A stretch of DNA of 64,000 nt, from positions 224,001-288,000 of the IMG/VR virus record IMGVR_UViG_3300037247_001786; one strand, 5' to 3'. Positions 1 to 8,802 of this stretch are shown here, in pieces. Below the pieces are notes generated by a model that was not told the DNA's origin, did no database searches, and saw only the letters and a program-made list of their open reading frames with translations. Origin of the DNA: a virus. Its lineage: Duplodnaviria; Caudoviricetes. The translations under genes were made by a program, and so were the position numbers. Within the stretch, counting starts at the first letter, position 1. The number at the start of each line of letters is the position of its first letter.

Positions 1-3
1 AAA

Positions 4-339
4 ATGGATATATTAAAAGCGAATAATGGAAACGAAACCCAGTATATAGTTAATCGCCATGTTTATGTAAAAGTTTGGGATTATAACAAGAAATTTCTTT
101 TATCACATTTAAAACTTTCGATGACTGAAACTATTTGGGTGTGGATAGGGCTGAATGAAGGGACAATAACAGAGATAGGGGAATTGAGTCATGCTACTTT
201 TGAGGATGCTATAAATAAAGCTGTTAATAATCCTTATGCAACCGTTTATGGGTTTGATTCGTATGAGGAGATGGCAATACATTGGGAAGATATCAAATAT
301 ATTGATACAATAACGACTACTTATAAGGCGAAAAAGTAA
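4..339 (+). CDS. Hypothetical protein
   Basis: 111-aa ORF, codirectional with neighbours; no recognisable motif. Confidence 0.55.
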   Translation: MDILKANNGNETQYIVNRHVYVKVWDYNKKFLLSHLKLSMTETIWVWIGLNEGTITEIGELSHATFEDAINKAVNNPYATVYGFDSYEEMAIHWEDIKYIDTITTTYKAKK

Positions 340-488
340 TGAACAGTTTATTAATTTTGATATATTTATTTATGGGTTATAACTGGGTTCAAAGATATCT
401 CTTAATGAGTGGGGGGGGCTGGACGGGTTTCGCACTCAATTTTTTGTTTTGGCCAATATATTTATTAAGATCAATATTTTTCACTTGA
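339..488 (+). CDS. Small two-helix membrane protein (49 aa; below ORF-track cutoff)
   Basis: ATG overlaps the upstream TAA (TAATG); translates MNSLLILIYLFMGYNWVQRYLLMSGGGWTGFALNFLFWPIYLLRSIFFT* with two hydrophobic segments around GGG. Confidence 0.5.
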   Translation: MNSLLILIYLFMGYNWVQRYLLMSGGGWTGFALNFLFWPIYLLRSIFFT

Positions 489-513
489 AAGTGAAATCAA
501 ATAATGTTAAAAA
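485..513 (+). promoter_or_regulatory. Weak sigma70-type promoter of the GTGAAA class
   Basis: TTGAAA-GTGAAATCAAATAATGT(17)-TAAAAA; -10 is poor. Confidence 0.35.
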
Positions 514-522
514 GGAATTATT

Positions 523-924
523 ATGAGTCAACAAGCAGTTTATGAAGTAGATGATTTTAAAAATGAAGATGTGCTATTAGAAGCTCTTAAAGAAATGGGG
601 TACAAAACTACTGTTCATAAAGAAGCTATAACTTTGAGAACTTATGGTAATCAAGGAAATACTAAAGCCCATATTGTAATATCAAAAGAGCAAGGAGGTT
701 TTAGATATGCTGACTTGGGTTTTGAAAGACTCTCTAATGGAGGGTTTAAGCTTCATGCAGATCATATAGATATTAATAAGCTAGGATTAGTTAAGCTCAA
801 ACAGACATATACTAAATGTTTCATAGCTAAAAGAATTAAAATGCTAGGAACTCAATATGTAATGGGTAAGGGCGAGATAGACCAAAATGGAACTATGAAA
901 TTAAAAGTTAGAGTGATGGAGTAA
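523..924 (+). CDS. DUF1257 (Ycf35-like) domain protein
   Basis: D-x-L-x-x-AL-x-x-MGY start, AHIVI and DLGFER..GGFKLHAD pattern typical of DUF1257; RBS AAGGA. Confidence 0.65.
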   Translation: MSQQAVYEVDDFKNEDVLLEALKEMGYKTTVHKEAITLRTYGNQGNTKAHIVISKEQGGFRYADLGFERLSNGGFKLHADHIDINKLGLVKLKQTYTKCFIAKRIKMLGTQYVMGKGEIDQNGTMKLKVRVME

Positions 925-926
925 TT

Positions 927-1613
927 ATGACAAAGTTAAAAGGTAAAAAGAAAGCTAAAGCAAGACGAAAAAAAATTCAAAACAAACAGATGTCTAAAAC
1001 TGCTTACAGGACAAAGATGTTATCGATGCTTTTGAAATACGATAATGAAATATTGTCTCAAGAATGCAAGACGGTTCCTAAACACAATTCTGACGTATTA
1101 GAAACTATCGCTAAAATGAAAAAAGTTTTAGGTTTTACTGATAATGGAGTTGGACTTGCTGCCTCTCAAATAGGGATTCTTGAGAGAGTTATTGTTATTA
1201 GACCGGATTCTAGAAAATATGAAATAAAGGCTATGATCAATCCTGAGATTATAGAGCATAGCGAACATAAGAAATATGGTATAGAGGGATGCTTGTCATA
1301 TCCTAAGATATATTCTCCTATTGAGAGATATACTTCTATTACGGTAAAATATTTTGATGAGAATTGGAAAGAGCATATTGTAGAGTATAAAGAGGGAGAG
1401 ATAGAGGGAATAATCTTCCAACATGAACTCGAACATCTTTCGGAAGGAGATTGTCAAATTCACGATTGGTGGAAAGATCCAGAAGGGATGAAAGCAAAGC
1501 TCCAGGAAGTTTTTGAGGCTAAAAAAGAAGAAAGCACAGGAGGTTATGACGTAGAAGAGTCAGAAGACCTTCAGAAGGAAAACGAAGAAGAGCCTACTCA
1601 AGAAGATGAGTAA
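927..1613 (+). CDS. def: Peptide deformylase with basic N-terminal and acidic C-terminal extensions
   Basis: All three PDF motifs: GVGLAASQIG, EGCLS, QHELEH. Confidence 0.9.
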   Translation: MTKLKGKKKAKARRKKIQNKQMSKTAYRTKMLSMLLKYDNEILSQECKTVPKHNSDVLETIAKMKKVLGFTDNGVGLAASQIGILERVIVIRPDSRKYEIKAMINPEIIEHSEHKKYGIEGCLSYPKIYSPIERYTSITVKYFDENWKEHIVEYKEGEIEGIIFQHELEHLSEGDCQIHDWWKDPEGMKAKLQEVFEAKKEESTGGYDVEESEDLQKENEEEPTQEDE

Positions 1614-2454
1614 TGTTAAATTATATGAGAAGAAAGACGGTTATGTAGAGTGTAGCCTATGCCCTCATAGATGCCAACTTCGAAGTGGAGAAGCCGGTAA
1701 GTGTTCGGTTCGTAAATGCGATGGGGACTCTATATATTTATCCAATTATGGAGAGTTGGTTTCTGTCGCTATTAATCCGATTGAGAAGAAACCATTTTAT
1801 CACTTCTTGCCAGGTACAAAAACGCTGTCGATTGGATCTTTAGGTTGCCCTCTTAATTGTCTTTATTGTGAAAATCATAAAATAAGTCAAACAGATACCC
1901 ATCATGATAGTCAGGTCTTTTCTGCTGACAAGATAGCGTGTATCGCTATAGAAAAACATTGCAAAAGTGTGTGCATGACGTTCAATGAACCTACTATCTC
2001 TTTTGAATATCTTATGGATGTAGCGGAGGCTTGTCATAAGAGCAATTTAAAGTTTATACTTAAAACAAATGCTTATGTAAATAAAGAGCCATGGGAAGAA
2101 ATCTGCAAAGTAACAGATGCTATTAATATAGACCTCAAAGCTGGGACTAGTGATAGTTTTAAATTTATTACTAATTATCGTTTTCTTAATCAGGTAGTGT
2201 ATAGGATTCATGAGGCTTATGCCTCAGATGCTCATATGGAGATTAGTATTCCTTTATATTATTCCGATGAGGTTTTAGGAGAACAGGTGAAAGAAATTGG
2301 GAAATTTTTATCTTCTATAGATAAAGACATACCATGCCATTTGTTGAAGGTCTTGCCAGCATACAATTACGATGATTTCGTTTTCAATCCTAAAAATATG
2401 GATAAAGCTCAAGAAATATTATCTAATTATATGAATAATATTTTTGTAGAGTAA
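1606..2454 (+). CDS. Radical SAM enzyme, AmmeMemoRadiSam/PflA-like family
   Basis: N-terminal CSLCPHRC..G.C.VR, DPIEKKP-like NPIEKKPFYHFLPG, CPLNCLYCEN (CxxxCxxC), FNEPTI. Confidence 0.85.
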   Translation: MSNVKLYEKKDGYVECSLCPHRCQLRSGEAGKCSVRKCDGDSIYLSNYGELVSVAINPIEKKPFYHFLPGTKTLSIGSLGCPLNCLYCENHKISQTDTHHDSQVFSADKIACIAIEKHCKSVCMTFNEPTISFEYLMDVAEACHKSNLKFILKTNAYVNKEPWEEICKVTDAINIDLKAGTSDSFKFITNYRFLNQVVYRIHEAYASDAHMEISIPLYYSDEVLGEQVKEIGKFLSSIDKDIPCHLLKVLPAYNYDDFVFNPKNMDKAQEILSNYMNNIFVE

Positions 2455-3078
2455 CTATACTTTATCTTTTAGATATCTTGATGCTTGGAAGTGTTCTACT
2501 ATGGGGTCTTTACAGTAGTCCATTATATCAAATATCTTACAATATTCTGGTCCTAATTTTTGAATTTTCAATCCTGGTATGTTACTTTTATTGATTGTAT
2601 TTTGTAGATTTCTTTGATCACATATTCTGGCGACATATACCCCTTTTGCTCGGATAATATTCTTTCTATTTAGTTTGTGCCATATCTTAAAAAGATTTTT
2701 AATTTTATCATTATTCCTATAAAATATTGTTCCACTAAGCATAGTCGGATTTTTTTTATGCCATTTTCCGTTTCTACCTCTTATCTTATAATGAATAGAC
2801 ATATCTCCATCTATTTCTTTTAGAGGTATCTCTCTTTGTATTATACCGTCTGCATCTACATACATAAATAGTTCTGTATCTGGGTTTTTTTCCATAGAAT
2901 TAAGTAATAGTCTAGATTTGTATTTAGTATTTGCATCCCATGACCCTTGATTTTCTATCCCTTCAATGTAGGAGTCGTAACCAAATTTATCGATAGATTT
3001 TTTAAGTTTTTTTATTTCGTTTTCGTATCCTGTATCGATAGTGAAGAACGAGACAACTTTAAATTTATTTTTTTCCAT
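2455..3078 (-). CDS. GT-A fold glycosyltransferase-like (nucleotide-diphospho-sugar transferase)
   Basis: YVDAD DxD motif, LSGTIF, DQ motif, C-terminal HFQASR; paralog of 3065-3655. Confidence 0.65.
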   Translation of the reverse strand: MEKNKFKVVSFFTIDTGYENEIKKLKKSIDKFGYDSYIEGIENQGSWDANTKYKSRLLLNSMEKNPDTELFMYVDADGIIQREIPLKEIDGDMSIHYKIRGRNGKWHKKNPTMLSGTIFYRNNDKIKNLFKIWHKLNRKNIIRAKGVYVARICDQRNLQNTINKSNIPGLKIQKLGPEYCKIFDIMDYCKDPIVEHFQASRYLKDKV

Positions 3079-3655
3079 TTACTTGTCCTTTTAGTCTTCT
3101 TGACGCTTGATTGTGAGAAATTATAGGGTCTTTAATTCTTTTATGAGTTCCGCATTTTGATCCATTAATTTTGCAGTATTTGAGTGAGATCCTTTGTATC
3201 TTTATATTTTTATAGTTATTTTTAAGAACTGAATATAGGGTGTCTTGGTCATAAGTTTTTGGATTTTTTTGATTTATTTCTATCCACTCTTTCATAATAT
3301 TTTTCATCTTATCATTATTTTTAATAAATACTGTCCCGCTAAGTAGCCAACCTTTCTGTTTTCTTTGAGTTATAGTTTTGTGGCAGACAGCTATATCTCC
3401 TGATATATTATCTGTTGGTATTTTCTTATTTACGATAGCATCGGCGTCCAGGAATAGAAAATAATCTTCATCTGGATATTTTTTCATAGCATTTAGTATT
3501 AGATGAGGTTTGTATTTTGTATTTAAATCCCACGATCCCATATTATCTATTCCTTCTACATAGATATTGTGGTCAAATTTTTTGGCAGAAATTTTAAGTT
3601 TATCTATTTCTTTTTCATACCCAGTGTTAATAGTATAGAACGAAGTTATTATCAT
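3065..3655 (-). CDS. GT-A fold glycosyltransferase-like, paralog of 2455-3078
   Basis: FLDAD, LLSGTVF, YDQD, HNQASR; start moved to MIITSF (3655) because the longer ORF overlaps the divergent gene. Confidence 0.65.
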   Translation of the reverse strand: MIITSFYTINTGYEKEIDKLKISAKKFDHNIYVEGIDNMGSWDLNTKYKPHLILNAMKKYPDEDYFLFLDADAIVNKKIPTDNISGDIAVCHKTITQRKQKGWLLSGTVFIKNNDKMKNIMKEWIEINQKNPKTYDQDTLYSVLKNNYKNIKIQRISLKYCKINGSKCGTHKRIKDPIISHNQASRRLKGQVNGKK

Positions 3656-3659
3656 ACAC

Positions 3660-3684
3660 TTATATCGTCTTTTTGTCGATATAA
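3660..3684. promoter_or_regulatory. 8-bp inverted repeat containing GTCGATATA between divergent GT genes
   Basis: TTATATCG-9 nt-CGATATAA. Confidence 0.35.
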
Positions 3685-3704
3685 ATATAAAAGGAGAAAA
3701 TATT

Positions 3705-4385
3705 ATGAAAAAATTTAGCATTGTGATACCAACAAGAAATAGATTAAAAAAATTGTATAATGTTTTAAATACTATTCCTGAGTCTTCAACATATGTTGTC
3801 AAAATAGCTTGTGATGGAGATAAGGCTACTCATGATAGCCTTAAGAAAGATTACCCACATGTAGAGTCTTATTATTTCAAAGACCACAGAGGGTCTGTCT
3901 GGTGTCGTAACGAGATAATAAAGAATGAGACAGATGGAGTTCTTCCTTGTGTAGATGACATAGTTTTCCCAGAAGGTTATTTTGATTATATTTTTGATTT
4001 GTTTAATACAACTTTTCCAGATGATGATGGGGTATTGGGCGTCCGTCAGCAGGGAGAATTTTTCGAAGCCTATTCTCCTACTGGAATGGCTTTGATAGGT
4101 AAAGAATTCTTATCTAGATATCCCGATGGGCAGCTTTACTATCCTAGATATTATCACTTTGCTGCTCAGGAAATATATAATTTATGTAAAAAGATAAAAG
4201 AGCAGACTGAAAAAGAAACTTATAAATTGGCAGACAAATATGTGGTGAAGCACGGGAAAGCTCTTTATAGTAAAAGTATTTTTATGGACATGACTCATAA
4301 GGAGGCTAGGAGATTTAAAAAAAGAGATTTAACAGTAAAAGCCGAATTAAGAAAAACGGATCTAGGGACTTGGGGAACGGTGTAA
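3705..4385 (+). CDS. Glycosyltransferase family 2-like
   Basis: FSIVIPTRNR start, CDGD, CVDDIVF; RBS AAGGAG. Confidence 0.7.
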   Translation: MKKFSIVIPTRNRLKKLYNVLNTIPESSTYVVKIACDGDKATHDSLKKDYPHVESYYFKDHRGSVWCRNEIIKNETDGVLPCVDDIVFPEGYFDYIFDLFNTTFPDDDGVLGVRQQGEFFEAYSPTGMALIGKEFLSRYPDGQLYYPRYYHFAAQEIYNLCKKIKEQTEKETYKLADKYVVKHGKALYSKSIFMDMTHKEARRFKKRDLTVKAELRKTDLGTWGTV

Positions 4386-4386
4386 T

Positions 4387-5235
4387 ATGGGTAACGTCAT
4401 TGACATATCTAATTATAAATGTTTAACTTGTAAATTGTGTTTAACAAAATGTAGTAAAGATACATTTAAAAGTTGCGACAAGTACGTTGAAAATAGAGAT
4501 AAGATAGATAAGAAAATAACTGTAATTATGAATACTTATAGGCGTTCTGATATCTATCTTTCTGAAGCTATAGAATCATTTCTAAAGCAATCTTATAAAA
4601 ATGCTATTTTGCAGATAACAAATACTCATCCATCACCATTAAAATTAGATAAAGATTATGATAATATTGTTATATATAATTTGAAAGATGTTTTTAAACA
4701 ATATCCAAGACATGCGGTATGGTCAGTGTTTAGAGTGAAGACTCCTTACTGGACAATATTAGATGATGATGATATTATACTTCCTTCATATTTGGAAGAA
4801 TTTAATAAGGTTATAGAAAAGAAGGAGGGGCAATACATCCAGATAATTAGGAGAAAAAGGATGTTAGTAGATAAAAATAAAATTTCAAAATTACCATGCG
4901 GCGGTTGGGGAGGGCGTTTGTTAAGTCGTTTTAAAGTTTCTGATTTAAAAAATATATTGAAGAAAAAACCATTTAACAGTTATCAGGGAATAGATAATTA
5001 TCTTACTTGGCATGCTCATTCTGGTATTGTATCGGAAGTTAAGTTGCCTCATACTTATATAACAAGAAGGCAGAAAGATGTCATTCATATATACAAAAGG
5101 AAAGACAATAATCTTAAAGTCGTAAGAAATAGAATATCTAAATCTAAAAAGAAAGCCTATTCAGAAGTTAGGGGAAGTACTGTCTCCCCTCATTGGGAAA
5201 AGGATTATATAAAGGAATATGGAAAATATGTCTAG
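4387..5235 (+). CDS. Glycosyltransferase family 2-like with N-terminal Cys cluster
   Basis: ITVIMNTYRR..YLSEAIESFLKQSY, ILDDDD; CLTCKLCLTKC at N-terminus. Confidence 0.7.
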   Translation: MGNVIDISNYKCLTCKLCLTKCSKDTFKSCDKYVENRDKIDKKITVIMNTYRRSDIYLSEAIESFLKQSYKNAILQITNTHPSPLKLDKDYDNIVIYNLKDVFKQYPRHAVWSVFRVKTPYWTILDDDDIILPSYLEEFNKVIEKKEGQYIQIIRRKRMLVDKNKISKLPCGGWGGRLLSRFKVSDLKNILKKKPFNSYQGIDNYLTWHAHSGIVSEVKLPHTYITRRQKDVIHIYKRKDNNLKVVRNRISKSKKKAYSEVRGSTVSPHWEKDYIKEYGKYV

Positions 5236-6007
5236 TCAGTGGGTATTGCAACATAATGGCTATGGTTTAGGAAATTTTGTGATGGCTACCCCAGCACTTA
5301 AGTTACTCGCAGATAGAAGAGCCTCAAAAGTAGATGTTTTTTTTCAGACAGCATCTATATCTGAGCTTTATAGAGATTGCCCATTTATAAATGTTTTAAA
5401 TAAAAAGCCTAAAAATAAGCCTTTTTTTACAATTAGAATGGTTAAAAGGAAAAAACATGAAAGCGATTCAGAAGCATTGTGTAGGATATTATTAAAAAAT
5501 AAATTTAAGATGCCTCACACGTATATTGACACTGTATCAGAGTTTTCTTTTGATAAAAAAAACAAAAAATGCGTGTCTATCTTTCATGGTTGTTTGGGAA
5601 AAATTTATAAAGATAAAAAGGATATAGGAGTTGAGGCAAGACAGTATATCATAGATCAATTATCGAAAGAAGATGTGGATATTATTTTGATAGGTACGAA
5701 TCGAGATGGAGATAGATATTGGGGCAAGAATAATTTAAAAAATGTTAAAAATTATTTAGGAAAACACTCTTTAAGAAAAAGTGTAGGAATTTTAAATAGT
5801 TGTGATTGTTTTATATCTAATGATACTGGATTGTATCATGTGGCAGGGGCGTTAAGGAAAAAGGGATTAGTTTGTTGGAAGAAAACTAATCATATTAAAA
5901 ATATGTCTCCTTTTGATGGGATAACTCATTCTCGAAGTTCAAAAGGTTATTTCGACGTATATAAAAAAGATATTGATAACTTTATAAAAAGGATAATAAG
6001 AAAATGA
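5219..6007 (+). CDS. Glycosyltransferase family 9 (heptosyltransferase-like)
   Basis: GLGNFVMATPAL N-terminal motif and CDCFISNDTGLYHVAGAL C-terminal GT9 signature. Confidence 0.75.
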   Translation: MENMSSQWVLQHNGYGLGNFVMATPALKLLADRRASKVDVFFQTASISELYRDCPFINVLNKKPKNKPFFTIRMVKRKKHESDSEALCRILLKNKFKMPHTYIDTVSEFSFDKKNKKCVSIFHGCLGKIYKDKKDIGVEARQYIIDQLSKEDVDIILIGTNRDGDRYWGKNNLKNVKNYLGKHSLRKSVGILNSCDCFISNDTGLYHVAGALRKKGLVCWKKTNHIKNMSPFDGITHSRSSKGYFDVYKKDIDNFIKRIIRK

Positions 6008-6924
6008 GAATAGTTTTTAACTTACATCGAGTTGGATTAGGAAATAATGGAGGCAGTAGAACTATTGTTAAATCTGCTGAAGCCCTTGCCTCTCTAGGTC
6101 AAGAAGTTATTATCGCCAGTAATATTAGAAATAAATATACATGGGAACCTATCAACAAAAAAGTTAATTTTATTTGCAGTAAAAATATCCCCAAAGGGGA
6201 TATCATTATTGCTACAGGTATAGGAAGTGTTGGGAGTACAGTCTCCTCTAATTTCAAAAAGAAATTTTATTTTATAAGGGGCTTCGAAACCTGGGCTGCA
6301 AAAAAATCAGTTCTTTTAAAATCTTATAAATCGTTACAATGCATTGTTAATAGCGGTTGGCTTAAAAAAATGCTAAAGAGTAATGGGATAAAATCTAATT
6401 TAGTTTATAACGGTTTGGATTTTGAAGATTTTTACGATATGGATACTGAAAGACATAGTTCTTTAGGAGGATTATATAGCAAGCGGCACAAGACTAAAAA
6501 TCATGATTTTATTTCTAAATATTCCAATGAAAAAAATATTCCGATAGTGCTTTTAAATAGAGATATAAAGGATTCTAATCCTAAAAATATTAATAAATGG
6601 TATAATACTATTAAGGTCTGGGCTTCTCCGAGCGAGCTAGAGGGGTTACATAATCCTCCTATGGAAGCGTCTTTATCTGGTTGCGGTTTGGTTTCTACTG
6701 ATCATCCTAGATCTGGGACATCCGATTATGCCATTTCTAATGAAACGGCATTAATATATAAACATGGAGATATGCGTAGTTTTGATAACCAAGTTACAAA
6801 ATTATTAGAAGATGAACCTCTTCGACAGAATTTAAATAGGAATATGATAAGGTTATTGAAGGATAAAATAGGAACGAGGCAAAAAAATATGCAAAAATTT
6901 ATAGAGATATTGGATAAAAAGTAA
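6004..6924 (+). CDS. Glycosyltransferase family 4 (GT-B)
   Basis: GGSRTI N-terminal loop, VYNG, EGLHNPPMEASLSG (E-x7-E). Confidence 0.75.
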   Translation: MRIVFNLHRVGLGNNGGSRTIVKSAEALASLGQEVIIASNIRNKYTWEPINKKVNFICSKNIPKGDIIIATGIGSVGSTVSSNFKKKFYFIRGFETWAAKKSVLLKSYKSLQCIVNSGWLKKMLKSNGIKSNLVYNGLDFEDFYDMDTERHSSLGGLYSKRHKTKNHDFISKYSNEKNIPIVLLNRDIKDSNPKNINKWYNTIKVWASPSELEGLHNPPMEASLSGCGLVSTDHPRSGTSDYAISNETALIYKHGDMRSFDNQVTKLLEDEPLRQNLNRNMIRLLKDKIGTRQKNMQKFIEILDKK

Positions 6925-6925
6925 T

Positions 6926-7549
6926 ATGAATAAATGTCATATAAGAAAAATAGAAAGCCAGTTCGGAAAAATTATTAAGAGGGAGAGAGTAAGCAGCTGG
7001 AGACAAGTGTACAAATTGCATTTTAAGAGTTCTGTACTTAGACTTGATATACTTAAAAAAAATGACCCCACTTTGATGTATCATAAAATGTGTTTAGATC
7101 AAGGACTTATCTGTTTTCCAAAGATACAGAAAGTTTTTAAGGAAGGTAATCTATGCTTAAAAATAAGTGAATGGATAGAGGGTAGAACTTATTCTGATAT
7201 TTTTAGATCAGGTTCTTTAGAGAAGAGCATGGTTTTTAAAATGGGAAGTTCAGTTGCTAAAGTAAATATGATATCTCAGAATAGACTTCATTTACATAAT
7301 GATGATATTACCTATCATAATGTTATGCTCGATAGAAACGGCAATTTTATCATGTTTGATTTAGATAGGCTATCTTTTATTAAAGATGTGGATGGGGCAT
7401 TGGTTAAGACTTTACTAAAGAGGATTTCAAATAAAGAAATGATAGATTCTTTTTTAGAAGGATATAAAAAACATAGAGATATAAATAATTTGATTTCTTT
7501 GTGCCAGCAGAGAAATTGGAAATGGAAATGGAAAAAAAAAGGAGTGTAA
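6926..7549 (+). CDS. Kinase-like protein (APH/Kdo-kinase superfamily)
   Basis: ISEWIEG hinge, HNDDITYHNV catalytic loop, FDLD metal-binding motif. Confidence 0.55.
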   Translation: MNKCHIRKIESQFGKIIKRERVSSWRQVYKLHFKSSVLRLDILKKNDPTLMYHKMCLDQGLICFPKIQKVFKEGNLCLKISEWIEGRTYSDIFRSGSLEKSMVFKMGSSVAKVNMISQNRLHLHNDDITYHNVMLDRNGNFIMFDLDRLSFIKDVDGALVKTLLKRISNKEMIDSFLEGYKKHRDINNLISLCQQRNWKWKWKKKGV

Positions 7550-7550
7550 T

Positions 7551-8165
7551 ATGAATAAAATTACTATGAAAACATTTAGATCACAGCTAAGTAGTCTAAA
7601 CAAGAAATGGAGAAAGATTTCACCGAAACAGAAGATATATCAAGCTCCGAATAAGAGACTTGCAAACGCTATGGAGAATTTTGATTTTTTGAAAGGATGT
7701 AACGTCTTGGATATAGGATGTAATCAGGGTTTGCATTCTTTAATGTTGTCCAATATATCTAACAGCGTAATAGGATTAGAGGGGAACGAGAATACTTATA
7801 AAAGAGCGTTATGCACTCAAAAGCATTTCTCTTCATTAGGGTATAATTCCAGTAATGTTACTTTTGTAAATAGTCCTCTTAAAGACTTTAATGACTATGA
7901 AGGGGTTAACGCTATATTGGCTTGTTGCTGCATTTACAATATGAACGATGAGAATATAGATAACTTCATTGCCATCTTAAAGCAATGTCATAAATTAATA
8001 TATCAGACGAGACCAGCAGCGAATTCGAGGATCAAAGATAGAAGCAGACACGACCTTTGTTTAGAAAAGGACGTTATTAAGTTTCTAGAGGCAGAAGATT
8101 TTACTATTGTAGAGCATAAGCATTCTAATTCAAAATGGCCAATTTTTTGTGCAGAGAGGAAATAA
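7551..8165 (+). CDS. Class I SAM-dependent methyltransferase
   Basis: VLDIGCNQG motif I, VIGLE motif II. Confidence 0.8.
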   Translation: MNKITMKTFRSQLSSLNKKWRKISPKQKIYQAPNKRLANAMENFDFLKGCNVLDIGCNQGLHSLMLSNISNSVIGLEGNENTYKRALCTQKHFSSLGYNSSNVTFVNSPLKDFNDYEGVNAILACCCIYNMNDENIDNFIAILKQCHKLIYQTRPAANSRIKDRSRHDLCLEKDVIKFLEAEDFTIVEHKHSNSKWPIFCAERK

Positions 8166-8166
8166 T

Positions 8167-8802
8167 ATGAATATAAGTTTCTCAATAACAGCTATGGTCA
8201 GGCCAGAGATTTTGAAGAGGACATTAAAGTCTTTCTCTGCTAATATAAAAGGATTGGATTTAAAAGAATGCGATGTTTTTATCAATGTAGACCCAATACC
8301 AGGAGACGGGAGCCAAGACTCGGTAGTAGATGTGGCTTCTTCGTTTTTTGGGAATGTTATTGCTAGCTTACCGAAGAAACCCAATTTTACGAAAGCCGTT
8401 AACTGGTGTTTAGCAACGGCAGATTCGGATTACCTTTTTCATCTAGAAGACGATTGGGAATTAGTACAAAAGTTTGACATTATAAACGTAATGAAGAAAA
8501 CATTTGCAGATAAGAGAGTACAACAGTTGGCTCTGCGTGCATATTCGTATCCTTATAATAAGGTTTGCCTAAGTCCTAGTATAATGAAGAAGGAATTGTA
8601 CAAAAGCTTCGTTGATAAGTTCGATTTAAAGATAAACCCAGAGATACAATTGAGACCCAGTTGGGTTAATAAATCTACTATCGTCGCTTATCCCAGTAAA
8701 AGAATTATAGTTAAAGACATCGGTAGGTTATGGATAAAAAAATCAGGATATAAGAAGTCGGGTGATAAGAAATTTCAATTTATTAAATGGGAGGAGAAAT
8801 GA
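8167..8802 (+). CDS. GT2-like glycosyltransferase
   Basis: RPEIL..TLKSF, INVD, FHLEDDW; start at MNISF. Confidence 0.6.
   Translation: MNISFSITAMVRPEILKRTLKSFSANIKGLDLKECDVFINVDPIPGDGSQDSVVDVASSFFGNVIASLPKKPNFTKAVNWCLATADSDYLFHLEDDWELVQKFDIINVMKKTFADKRVQQLALRAYSYPYNKVCLSPSIMKKELYKSFVDKFDLKINPEIQLRPSWVNKSTIVAYPSKRIIVKDIGRLWIKKSGYKKSGDKKFQFIKWEEK

Noticed and set aside
405-440. GGGGGGGCTGGACGGGTTTCG resembling a tmRNA/tRNA 5' end inside a TGAGTG/CACTCA hairpin
   Set aside because: No matching 3' acceptor/T-arm (GGTTCGA..CCA) is seen, and the stretch is explained by the 49-aa membrane ORF 339-488
3656-3802. N-terminal extension of the minus-strand GT (track start 3802) as a membrane anchor
   Set aside because: It overlaps the divergent gene 3705; alignment with the paralog places the start at 3655, so the hydrophobic stretch is probably not translated
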